Below, one piece after another: positions 1 through 21,110 of a stretch of 64,000 nt of DNA. Both the position numbers and the translations under genes were made by a program. The notes under the pieces were generated by a model, which worked only from the letters and a program-made list of their open reading frames with translations, did not search any database and had not been told where the DNA came from. Origin of the DNA: Sphagnum compactum (lineage: Eukaryota); the NCBI GenBank assembly GCA_965153455.1, contig OZ234493.1, positions 1,612,001-1,676,000 on the forward strand, written 5' to 3'. Within the stretch, counting starts at the first letter, position 1. Each line of letters opens with the position of its first letter.

Positions 1-700
1 GAGGCCCAATAGAAGATAGCCGGCAGGAATTTCACCTGCACGCCACTGGTTTTGAACCAGGGTCCCAGGGTCCCAGTGAGCCAGGGGCGAGCGAGCTGCA
101 GCTGCGGAGTACCACAAATGAATTGAAGAAAATGTGAGGAGAGTTCAGTAGACCGCTGGCTTGAACCATCCTGCATCCATGTTGTGCTTCAACTAACGTT
201 TTGTTTTTGGTTGAATTGATCGTATTGTGAGCAGCTCGAACGCACTTCTCCCAAGGATCTTTGCTCATCATTACAAGGGGCCTATCTGAGCTTCCTTGTC
301 TCTCAAGTTTCCGTCCCAGGTTTTTTCCTTCTACTTTATAAGTGGAATTCTTTTTTCTCTTCAAGCTGTCTCTCAAGCTTGTTTGTCAGATCATGTACAA
401 ACTCGATCATGTACAAGACTCAATTTGATTTCTGAGACGGTTGACGGTGCATTGCTTTAACCTAATTGCTAGTTAAATGCAGACGTCTTTAAAGCGTAGT
501 TAGTCTAGTAGAGCAGCAATATGAAACCCCTTATAACTCTACATTGGGTCATTGAGATGCAGGCCTTCTTTGTGTTTGACAAAAGCTGAGTTCACAAATC
601 CTCGTGGAGCAAGCGTCTTTGTAAGCGCCTCTTCCTTGAGCAGTCATCGGCAGGTAAAAGTAGAGTGACGAGCTCAAGTTCATTCAGTTATTTTGAGGTC

Positions 701-10193
<9,493 letters not shown>

Positions 10194-10222
10194 AATAAAA
10201 TACAATAATTGTAATGACACAT

Positions 10223-12007
10223 GGTGAAAGCACACTATGGTGACCCCCTTTGGGGTGTCACATTGTATTACTTTCCAAGGATGTGCATGTTTGAGTGTAT
10301 CCCACTTCAAACTTTCAAAAAAAATTCACAATATTTTTACATATTATGTTAGAAATATAACCTAGGCAAGATATTAGAATAGAAACTATTTCATTTCATT
10401 TTATAAAGTGGGAGATTGTAGTATATTTGTGGAAACGAATGTAATGTACTTATGTAGTCAAAAACATAAATATACTCCAAAAATAATTTAAATGATTTTT
10501 CTTCTTTATGAAAGTTGAAGGGTAAAAACATAGTATAAAGAACCATGGCAACCAAGGTCGGAATCCTTACCAAGGACTACATTTTACACATGTCTTACAT
10601 GTATTGGTCTATTAAATATCAAAAGTGTATTTTAAACGTAATTTTTGGGATTGGATATTAATATTGAGACCAAACATGATTCATATAATAATAATAACTA
10701 TATATTTTTGCATGAAGACCTAGATTATAGTCAAAAATATAATCTTGTTTTTAACCATGATGACAAATTTTGAACTTTTTCTACCATGAATGACATTTAG
10801 AATCAAAATCAACAACATTCGTTAAAAGGATTCAATATGTGTGCATTTAAAAATATAAACACATGTGGACTTTTTTATGAAGTATATTAAAACCCATAAT
10901 AAATTTGAAAACATTTTATGAAGGTTTGAGTAACAAAAAGCACATTCACATTTTCCTAGTGCAGTGTTGTATATATAAACCCAAATTTACCAATGACCTC
11001 AAATTTTATGTATCATTTTTCATGAAAATGCAACATTGCCTTCCCTTAAACAACAAAAAACATTTTGTCTTTTAGGAAGTTTTTATAATTTTATGTTTTT
11101 GAAGGTGATAAACAGGTTTAAATGCAAACATAACACACCCAGCTAAGGGCAATTTAGGGCATGATTTCATGTTTTTTTCATACTGGGCCCTTTGGTTCAT
11201 CCATGTATGGTTTTCTATAAATTTGGAGCATGAATGGTTAAGTTTAGCATAGGATTAAGGATGAATAAAATGAAAAACGATATTCAATTAGATATTTTTC
11301 ATTACTTTATGACCACTAAAACAATTGAGAATCACACAAAATTCTTTCAGATGAAATTTCATTAATAATAAAACATGGTGCAACAAACCTAATTAAATTT
11401 TGATGTTTTAAACTTTTACAATGATTTTTCAAAGTTGAAAACTACAAAAACTAAAAGTAGTCAACATAATCCTTGGTATGTTATATTGTGAATGTAACCC
11501 TGAAGGTATAATGACCCATGTCATTCACATAACATGAATGACGTTTGGATACCATGTGACTAATTTAAAAAAATTCATCTCAAAAAATGAGTTTTTTCAA
11601 CAAATTTATGATAAATGTGTAGTAAATTGAAATTTTGACAAGAAATCACATCCTCATAAAAGATGACAAGCATAACTCGATGGGCCATTTTTAAAATTTC
11701 ATTAAAATTGATTATTTGAATGACTAATGAAGCTTTAAAGTCAATGCAATCAAAACAAGAGTGTGGCCCTATTATACCAATGTGTATTATAAATATATTC
11801 ATGGATCCTTCAATATATAATGAAATTTTATTATTTTCAAATAATACTACATAACATTAATTTTGAAAAAATAATTGTTGTAGGGTTCAAAACCAAAATT
11901 GATACCCAAAATTAAATGTGCCATGCTTTTGGAACAATTATACTATATGTACAATAATATTAAACCCAAAAATATTCCAAAGGGAGTCACTGTAGTGTGC
12001 TTTCACC
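10223..12007. mobile_element. Non-autonomous TIR DNA transposon (about 1.8 kb) with GGTGAAAGCA termini
   Basis: Left end ggtgaaagcacactatggtgaccccctttgg; right end reverse-complemented ggtgaaagcacactacagtgactccctttgg (about 30-bp TIR). Flanking direct repeat CACAT at 10218-10222 and 12008-12012. AT-rich interior with no ORF. Confidence 0.8.
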
Positions 12008-12029
12008 CACATTCAAGCCAATGTTGGTT

Positions 12030-12570
12030 ATAAGGATCAAAATAAAATAATGGTTATTTATTTAGTGAACCAACTTAAAAGGGCGAATCTACTTTTGAAA
12101 TCTTGCACAACTTAAGAATTTGTTGCCCTTGATGCAACTCAAGCAAAAAAAAAAGCTATTGCAACCAACATTTCACCAATCAATTTTTCCCTTTAACAAT
12201 TGAGGTATTTGAATGTTTACACAAACAGGCTGATGTGTTTTTACACATTTGTGCCAATTCAATTTGGAGCTTAAAAGAGCCAAAGGGCCCTCTTCTTTCC
12301 ATCTTGGTTACTTTTTTTCATCAAATAATTTTAATTACATTGTAAAGGATGTAAACATCCTCCATCTAAAATCAAGCAATAGTGATAGGTCTAACTACTT
12401 CTTGACTTCCACCTTCTGAGGAGACACACCCCCCCCCCCCAAAATCGCCATGGCTAACATATTACAAGTGGTTGGCTGTTGAGATAAAAAAAATTTGACA
12501 TTTCATTTGTGCCAACTTGATGTCCTTTAAATTACCCTTTATTTTTAATACCTTTGTACATTTTCCAAAT
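12030..12570 (+). mobile_element. 3' relic of an RLE-type (CRE/NeSL-like) non-LTR retrotransposon
   Basis: Degenerate translation from about 12178: NQFFPLTIEVFECLHKQADVFLHICANSIWSLKEPKGPLLSILVTFFHQIILITL*RM*TSSI. It resembles the F-x-P-x-x-x-E-x-x-G ... S-x-x-L-Q-R tail of restriction-like endonuclease LINEs and has multiple stops. Confidence 0.55.
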
Positions 12571-12619
12571 CTATGGCATGCAACTCAATACCTAAATCTA
12601 AGTTTGTGGGTAGGCATGA

Positions 12620-13000
12620 AACCTATGCAACAAAATGCATCTCATTCTTCAATCTTTAAACCCATAGATAAGTTTTAGTATATCATACGTATTACTGATG
12701 TTTGACACAAAATAATTCGCATGTGCAATAAAATGCTTCTCAATCGGTAAAGCCAAAGTAGGTAAGTTTGAATATTCCATACCTACTACTCATGCTTGAC
12801 ACAAAATAATATACATGTGCAATAAAATGCTTCTCAATTGGTAAAGTCAAAGTAGTGAAGTTTGAGTATACCATACCTACTACTGATGTTCGACACAAAT
12901 TAATTCACACGTGAAATAAAATGCATCTCAATCTGTAAAGCCAAAGTAGAGAAGCTTGACTTGGTACCTACAACAGCTGTTTGTCACAAAATAATTCACA
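12620..13000. repeat. Tandem repeat, about 94-bp unit, about 4 copies
   Basis: Unit tactgatgtttgacacaaaataatt...gcaataaaatgcttctcaat...aaagtag...tacctac starts at about 12693, 12787 and 12881. Partial copies at about 12620 and 12971, and a detached copy at about 13248. Confidence 0.85.
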
Positions 13001-16000
13001 AAAGGTCTAATGAAAAAAAGAGAAAGTTTTATTGATATTTTGTTGAAATTGTTGAAAATCGAACTCCCAACTTGTGAAAAACAGGTATTGTTCCAACCAT
13101 TGAGTTACTATTACAAATATACCATGAAATGTATACATTGCATAGTTTCTTCTCAATTGTTGAAATTCTGAAAATTAAATAGGAAATTGCCTGACCTTGT
13201 TTGACCAAGAAGTGCTGAACATGAGTCAAAGGTCCATATGGGTGGAATGAATAAAATGCATCTCAGTCTCCAAAGTGAAAGTACATAAGTTTGGGTGTGC
13301 CTGTTGTTGGTGCCCAACCTGAAAATGTTCCTTTTTCATTAAAATGAATAGGAATGCAAGTTTTTTTTTATAGGAAATACATATGTTCCTATGGGTAAGG
13401 AGTTACAAGGCCCCTTTCAAGTTGAAGCTTCAAGTCCAATTAACAACATTAACTTTTTATTGATTTTCATCATTAGTCAATTTGAATAAAATGGCATAGA
13501 GATTTTGAAAAGTTGCGTAATTTGGATGAAAATCTAGTTTGTTAATAAATACGGAAAAGAAGTTGCACAATTGAATCGAAACTGAAGAAGTGAAAGAAGC
13601 ACCTTGAAGTTGGACAATGGATCTGAGCTCAAGGAAGTTGTTGCACCATCCTTAAGAAAGTGGCACATTGGATGAAGCCTTATTATCCAACTCTCCGAAT
13701 TTCATCTCTTGTTTAATTTTGTCAACACTTTCAATTAGCTCCATTTTCATCGATTGTCAAACTTCTTTAAAGTTGTAATGCATTCTACACAAGTTGGCCT
13801 TCAAAAAAGACTATCCTTGGGGAAAATGAATAATTGATAAAAACCATATATTTCTATTAGATTCAGACTGCAATCTTACCAATCAAAGGATTGATCCTAA
13901 ATTAATTCCAATGTGGTCCCATCAAACTTGAAATTGTAACTTGGACAATCCTCAGGTTTTCAAAGGTTCCTTTGTTCACATATCATCACCCAAAATTTTG
14001 AACACCATAGTTGTGAAATTATTAATAAAGTAATCTTTGGCAAATTATGGCCCTACTATACCTTCTTTGCAAATGAAAGATGCCACTTGAGAAAAGCTCA
14101 GATTTCAAGGATTGTTGGCTGGCATCTTCCCATTCACCATGGAGATGCAATGTTTCCATTTTCTCCATGTCAAATAAGTTGGTTGAAAAATATAAAATTC
14201 ACCAAATAGCAGTTATTCATACCTAAATATTATATGTCAACACAAGAAGGTGGCAATCCCTATTATTCTAGAACAATGTGGGGGTTCAATTCACCCTAGC
14301 ATACATTTTTAAGATTAGAGATATCCGCAAAGTCAGGCAAACACAGCACCAAGTACCCCTGTTTAACTGATGGGTGTGTGACTGATCAACCAAGGGTAAT
14401 TTGCTGCACCAACTTTGGTACAATGATTCTTTAGATCACCTCTAGCAGGCCACAAATTAGCTCCAGTTCACTGATCTAAGTCTGGAAAGTATCATGTGAA
14501 GATTTTTTTTTAGCTATTATGTGAAGATTTGGTTGTCGAGAGCCTGAGTTATGAATGTCAACTGCATGGTAGCGAGCTTAAATTAGAATTATAGCTGTTG
14601 TCTCATGATTGTGTATGTATATCTCTGATAAAAAGATTGTACTCCAGTGGTGTGGAGTCTTGCTTAATTTATTGATCCAATTGAATCAGTCTTCTCTTGG
14701 CGAACTCAAAAAATTTCAAAATATCTTTGACAGATTGGCTGACTGTTATATCAACCTGAAGCCTGGAGCATATTCAAGAGCTCCTAGATTCTAGAATCGT
14801 CAGTTTTAGCAGGTTGAGATTTCGCCAAATCTGCATTATGTCGCCATAATTTTCCTAATAATCTTTTATAAAATTTCCTAAACTGTTTTTCTTCCTCACT
14901 TCGGATTCACCTACCATAAAATAGCAAGCTTATATAGTGAATCTGAAGCATGTCCATATATTGCACTACTAAATGAGGTGGTGCATCGAATACTTTCACT
15001 AAATGTTTTTGCTTTCAAGTTGGGTACAGATCAGACTCGTAATTCTGCAAAACTACTATTTTTGCTCAGAGGACATCGACAAGCATTGCTTGGATTTAGG
15101 ACCATGGCAACACGGCGCCACACCATATCAGAGTGCTCGATCAAAGGCACAAATGTGATGTATGTACCTGTTCATCCCAGGAGCGACCGTGGAACTTTCC
15201 CAACGCTCTGGAAAGATGCCCAACTTGCCTCGGTCGATTCTCGCGCCGGGTCGACACATGATGATGAACGGAAGGAAGCTTCTAGCATCGCTGACCTCTC
15301 TGGCCTGCTTTATTATGCTATCAGCTTCTATCCTTGGAGTAAGCATCTTAATATTGCCTATGCTACTATTCCCATTCCTTTTCATTCAAGTCTAATATAT
15401 CCTTTTGTTTTGCTTCACACTAAAGGACTAATTTGTACCTTGGGATGCAACCCCATAGATTCATGAAAATGTGATGCCCACTAGTCTGCCCACCAGCCAA
15501 AAATTACTTCTCGATTGGGTTACTCTATGTCGTTCAAGTCATCGAGAGAGCCATCAAATGGATTTGGGAATTGATCAAGCCGTTTGTGGGAGGATCGATC
15601 AGGGAGAGCCCTAAAAGCATCCTTGGAGTTATCTGTGCAGCATTCGAAAACATGTTTCCATCTTTTGATGACCATAGTGTTGACAAGTATTGTGAAGGCC
15701 ATAAGAGAAGGCCCTGCCAAATTGTAAACACTGGGGGAATGGAGAGATGATTCCAGAGAAGTGAGAATTTGAAAGAAATCAAAGTGAACGTATTGCCTCG
15801 TTTGATTTAGGGAGGAGATAGCTAACTAAATTTAACTTATTTTTAGAAGGATTTTGTTGGCAAGAAAGTTGTCACTAAAAGTAAGATAGGAACAGCCAAC
15901 TCTAAGTTTGTAAGAGAGGAAATTGTGAGTACTTGAGTTTAGCGCCTCAAGAAGTACTACAACTATGTACAATACATATTGTGTTCAGTTATAATTTTAG

Positions 16001-16063
16001 ATGATCTAGGGTTACATCTTCTGCTATCTCTGGTCCGAGTATAAGAAAACTGTTTTTATCTTA

Positions 16064-17691
16064 GGGCCACTTTAGACAAGGGTCCACAGACCCAAACCCA
16101 AGGACCAATTTGAAGCAAATTGAACCTTGAATCGCACCCTTTTTCACATTAAAAAAATCACTTTTTCTTAAGGTACAATGAGCGCGTCTAAAGGCTTGGG
16201 GGAATCCAATTTGAGGGTCCAATATAAAAAATGTGTGATTGATGTATGAGAGGATTAGGTTGACCTTTTGTCTTTTCTCTTTTTTTTTTTCTTTTTTTCA
16301 TGATTTTGTTTTTCCAAAAAAGTTATTTTATGTTATTTCATATTTGTTTTTGGCAAATTCAAGCTTCATTTCTCCTCTTATAGCAATGAGGTGTAGTATT
16401 TCATCATCCACCCAATTTTTTCCAACTTTCTCACCTTTTTCATTTTGGTTTTCCATCACAACTGTTATTGTACTTGATGTTTTTTTTTTGGAATGGGAAC
16501 CAATTTAAAGATCCCTTGTAAATCCAAATCCCCTTCCACTTGTGAAATGGCATTTCAATCTTCCACTTTTTGCCCCACCTTCCAATTCACCACCATTGTG
16601 TGCACTTGGAAGAATTGAAAATGCACTCCTTCTAACAATTGCCTTGTGAGGATCCACAAAACCAACCATGTCAACTCTAGAATTGGTCAAAATTGGGGGA
16701 GTTGATATGCTTTAAACAATGTTTTCAATTCATAACATGTTTTCCATTCTCATAGAATTTGAATAACGAGGGTAAAATAAAACAATGAAAATGGACTAAA
16801 AACAAAAAAGTGAATAACCTTAAACCCTAGCTTACACTTTGGTTTTCCAAACCATGAATACTCCTTCAAGCTCTTTTCTTTGGTCTGGACCAATTGGTTT
16901 TCCTTCCAAAATGATGCCATGTAAACTAAATCACAATTTGATTTATCTTGGTCTTGGACCTCTGTCTGAAAACCTTGGGACCAATTTAAAGTTATTGACT
17001 AATAGGAATGTTTGATGTCATTGGACCCTGCTCCTTGGACCCTTGGGGTGAAAGCATGGTTAGGTGACTCAAAAGTGATGTTTGAAAATTCATAATCTAA
17101 CACTAATGATTTGTTTTGCAATTTTAACAATTATCAAACCATAAATCTTATAATGATCCCCTATGCTTTTAATTGTAAATATTAATAAACCAACCTATGA
17201 ATATCCCTAAACAATGTCATGTGATTGATCAAAAAATCCATGCAAAATATTAAAATTTTTAATGTGAACTGGATTCTCAAGGATAAAAATTTACAACAAT
17301 CACATCATTTAAAACTTTTAAAAATTAAACATATGTATATTAAGAAAGTTTCAATGCACTTTATTAATAAATTTTTCATTTGATGATGCTTTATTTTATT
17401 TTCTTATTTTGATATATTTGTTGAGTCCATATTTTTCATTTTTCATGTGTGACAAACGTAGTGTTGACATTTCAAAAGTCCACTACAAGTCCATAATCTT
17501 TTTTAAATTCATCCAAAACATTTATGATGATTCCCATTGAAGTTTATGACAACATGAATAATTAAAAAATTGACAATGGTAATTTTGAATATGTCTTTAA
17601 ATTTTACATTTGTATGTAATCCAAAAAATTACAAGGGTGACAATCTAAACATTCTACCTATTCATGTTTTCACCCTTGTTTAAAATGGGCC
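16064..17691. mobile_element. PIF/Harbinger (Tourist-like) MITE, interrupted in its right TIR by a nested element
   Basis: Left TIR gggccactttagacaag; right TIR remnant cttgtttaaaatgggcc; TTA on both flanks (16061-16063, 17692-17694). The interior is the reverse complement of 47597-48479. Confidence 0.85.
17047..17674. mobile_element. Nested non-autonomous TIR element (about 630 bp) with GGTGAAA(G/A)CATG termini
   Basis: Left ggtgaaagcatggttaggtg; right reverse-complemented ggtgaaaacatgaataggta; flanks cttgg and cttgt. Removing it restores the host MITE TIR ggacccttgtttaaaatgggcc. Confidence 0.75.
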
Positions 17692-17999
17692 TTAATACTA
17701 ACTTTTCTCTTTTTTTGAATTCAAATGTCTTGAAATCATAGTTCCAACATGGTATTGGAATGAAATTATGATGATAAGAGGGGGAAAAAAAACATGAAAC
17801 ATTAACATAATGTTAAAATTAATATAAAACAATTCAATATGCAAATCTTCTATAAAGAATTTCAATTTTTCAAAATTAGTGAATTCAATACATATATTAA
17901 AACAATTGAATTTGATAAAGATAATAGTTGTCAATGGAAAAATTAAGAATGGATCCAATTACATAGATCATCAAAATTATTCAATGCACCTAAATCACG

Positions 18000-18870
18000 G
18001 CTCAAAAACTTCCATATTCAAAAAATATTCCAAAACTTGGTGGCGCATACTTTCACATATTAAAACATAGCCTCACATTGTTGTTTAAAGCTAAAACGGT
18101 TTGGTTGATTGTCAAAGGAAAAGAAATCAAACTTATAACTACCACAATAGCATAGATTGTTGCTAATGCTCTTGCTTTGCCTAGTAGGTCTAGGTAGCAT
18201 TAGCAATTGGGATGAGAGAGACACAATCTCACTCACTATGATAAAAATTTGTTTAGATAATAACATAGTTTTTCATATTCAATCTTATGCGACTACCCAT
18301 GACACATGGGATGAATTTTTGAATCATGTAAGATGTTTTGATTAAAATGTACTTAAAGGATAAATTACATACTTTAAAAATGAAAAAAAACAAGATCATT
18401 ACAAAACACATACATGTTTTTCAAACTTTACTTGAACAATTGCCAAATGATGAAATAGTATTCTCTAATGAGAAGGATGACTTTAGATATAGAAATTTAA
18501 TAAGTTTTTTGAAAAGGAAACCAAACATTACTCTAAAATCTTTAATAATTGATTTAATACAAGAAGAATCCTAATAAAAAGTCTTGATTCAAAATAAGAT
18601 ATAAAAAAAATTTGGTGGGAAAAAGCTTTTGTTCTTAAAAAGAAAGCAATGGAAGCCTTTTCCATCAAATTAAAAGATGGATCAAGTTTTTCAAGTGTTG
18701 GTCCTAAAAGGAAAATCAATTTTTTTTATTGCAAAAAGTTAGGACATGGAATAAAAGAATGCAAAACGAGGATTGTTGCTAAAGCCAATCCAAAAAAACA
18801 AAACAATGTTTTTACCAAAGATAATAAAGTGTATGTTGCTACATTTGTTGCAAATGAAAAATGTGACCCT
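18000..18870 (+). mobile_element. Ty1/copia gag relic
   Basis: Fragmented frames: LLFKAKTVWLIVKGKEIK (DUF4219-like), NWDERDTISLTMIKICLDNNIVFHIQSYATTHDTWDE and YLKDKLHTLKMKK..ITKHIHVF (UBN2/Retrotran_gag_2-like), and a degenerate zinc knuckle FFYCKKLGHGIKEC. No pol and no clear LTRs. Confidence 0.75.
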
Positions 18871-20499
18871 ATACTATTACAATTCATGGTTTTTTTTATT
18901 GGGTTTTCTAGTTTTAAAATACCCAAAATAATAAACATGAAAAAGACCATCATGTCAATTTGGACAATTTGATTTGCACCCACCATCGTGATTGGGTAAC
19001 CAATTTAGACCTTATCATTTTGACTAACAAAGTAACTAACTATTTAACTAGTGGACAATGCACCATTTGATTGGGTCAAATTTATTCTTAAATTAAAATC
19101 ATTTTTTAAAAATTTATTGTTTACATAATTAAATAAATAGGTAAGTAAGTAGGTAGTAAATAGGTCTAGGTATGTAAAAAAAAAGCACATAAGTAGGTAG
19201 GTGCTAACTTAGGCTAGGCTAGTTAACCTAACTTAACCAAACCTCACCAAACTACGTTAGAACCTACCTACCAAGTAACCCTCTAAGCATGCACATAAAA
19301 AGTGGGCTAGCCATATTCCCTTTTACATTTTCAGGCAACATGATCCACTTGGGTCATGTAGGATTCCATGTGATTTTTCATTGACAATTGTTTGCTTTGG
19401 CTATGGCCTAGATTTATCCTAATGTAAATCCAAATAGGAGCATGATTAAGGTTCACAGCTAAAAGTTCAAATTCATAGTTCGAATTATATGTTGGATGTC
19501 ACAGTTTAAGATGCATACATGATAATGTAGAGAATCTATCATTCTTTAGAGATAAGTACAAACACAATACTTCAAAGCAAGGTTTGCATCTCTTTATGAT
19601 GCATACCTGCTTTGAAACTACAAAACTTGATATCATAGTTCATACTTGAGTTTTAAAATAGGGTTTGTGTGTCTATGTCGTATCAGGGTTTATAGCTCAA
19701 TTTATGACACCTAAATTTAAAATTACATTTGTAGAGAATGGATAATTTCATCTAGCCCAGTTCTAATAAAACATAATTGGGTCAATTCAATACTCAACTA
19801 AAATATCTATCCAATGTTCATTGATAGCAAAGTTTAGTTTTCAATTTAACACTAAGTTCAATACTCAATTCAAACCTTAGTTTATTGCTTAGTTCACTAC
19901 TCATTTCAAAGCTCAATTTTTTTAAGTTCATTACTTAGTGAAAAGTTCATTTTCTTTCACAATTCACAGTTCAATTCAACTTTCAATTCACTTAGTTAGT
20001 TCCCTAGGCCACACCCTTTTTCCAAGCTTAGAAATAATGGAGCTGGCCACTCAATAACAAGGTCCTAGTTCAAAATTCACCATGTTCCAATTCATGAATA
20101 ATACTTCAAATGGTCCACACTTTCTTTCTTTTTTAATTGTTGTTTTTTAGGGTTTAAGGAAATAGAGTATTAGGGATTAAGTCCATAGAGGTATATATAG
20201 TGTTTATTGTCACAACTTTGTTTCCTATGGAATTGTTTGTGTAGCAAGAAAGAGAAGGCCAAGAGACCCCAAATGTGCTTAACACATCACAAGAGGAAAG
20301 TAACAACTTCAAGGTAATAATTCTTCTTAACTGAACTTTCTTTTGTTAGTCCAAGTTTTTAAAAAAAAGAGCTTGAGCAAGGATTCAAGCTCAACAATAT
20401 TTGAATTCAAATTCAAGTTCAAGCTCGGATTCTAGAGGGATGTTGAACTACTCTTAATGACAAAAGTAGTTTGGTTGGTTGAAATTGAAACTCCAAACT

Positions 20500-21110
20500 C
20501 AATTAGAATTTGGGATGGAAATTAAAAGACGAGCCAAGCTTGGGTTCGACTCCAAAAATGGAGTCCAGCTCAAGCTTAGTTCCTTTTTTTTTGCTACAGC
20601 TGAACTATTCTTGGTGCCAAAAGTAATTTGGTTGTGGCAAAAAAAAACCCCAAGCTTGGACTCGACTCCAAAAATGAAGTTAAGCTCAAGCTCGGCTCCT
20701 CTTTTCTTGCTGTAACTAAACTAGTCTTGGTGCTAAAAATAGTTCGGCTACCAAAAAAATGGAACCAAACTCCAGCACAACTCCTTTTTTTGTTGTAGCA
20801 GAGCTACTTTCATAGTTGAAAATAGTTCAGTTGCAACAAATAAAAAGTGAAGTCGAGCTCTAGCTCAGCTTAATTGTTGAAATTGAACTCTAGATGGTTC
20901 AATTGTTGGAATTTAATCCAAACTTGACTCCAACAATGGTCCTGAACCAAAACTTGGCTCAATTCCTAGGCTACTTTCGACACTGAAAATAGTTCGGTTC
21001 GTGATGTAAAGAGGAGCATACCTTAACCTTGGCTTCATTTTTGGGGTCAAACCCAAGGTTAGTTTTTTTTGTTTCGCGAGCTGAATTATTCTCAATGCTG
21101 AAAGGAATTC
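20500..21110. repeat. Degenerate array of about 115-bp hairpin-containing units with an inverted terminal copy
   Basis: caagcttgg..tcgactccaaaaatg..gt..agctcaagct units at about 20534 and 20651. Each is followed by a ttttgct...aacta/tagtt...caaaaa stem. An inverted copy (cttcatttttggggtcaaacccaagg) lies at about 21033. Confidence 0.55.

Noticed and set aside
3..137. Open + frame ending ...STTNELKKM* that might be the last exon of an upstream gene
   Set aside because: Too short, no recognisable domain, truncated by the window edge.
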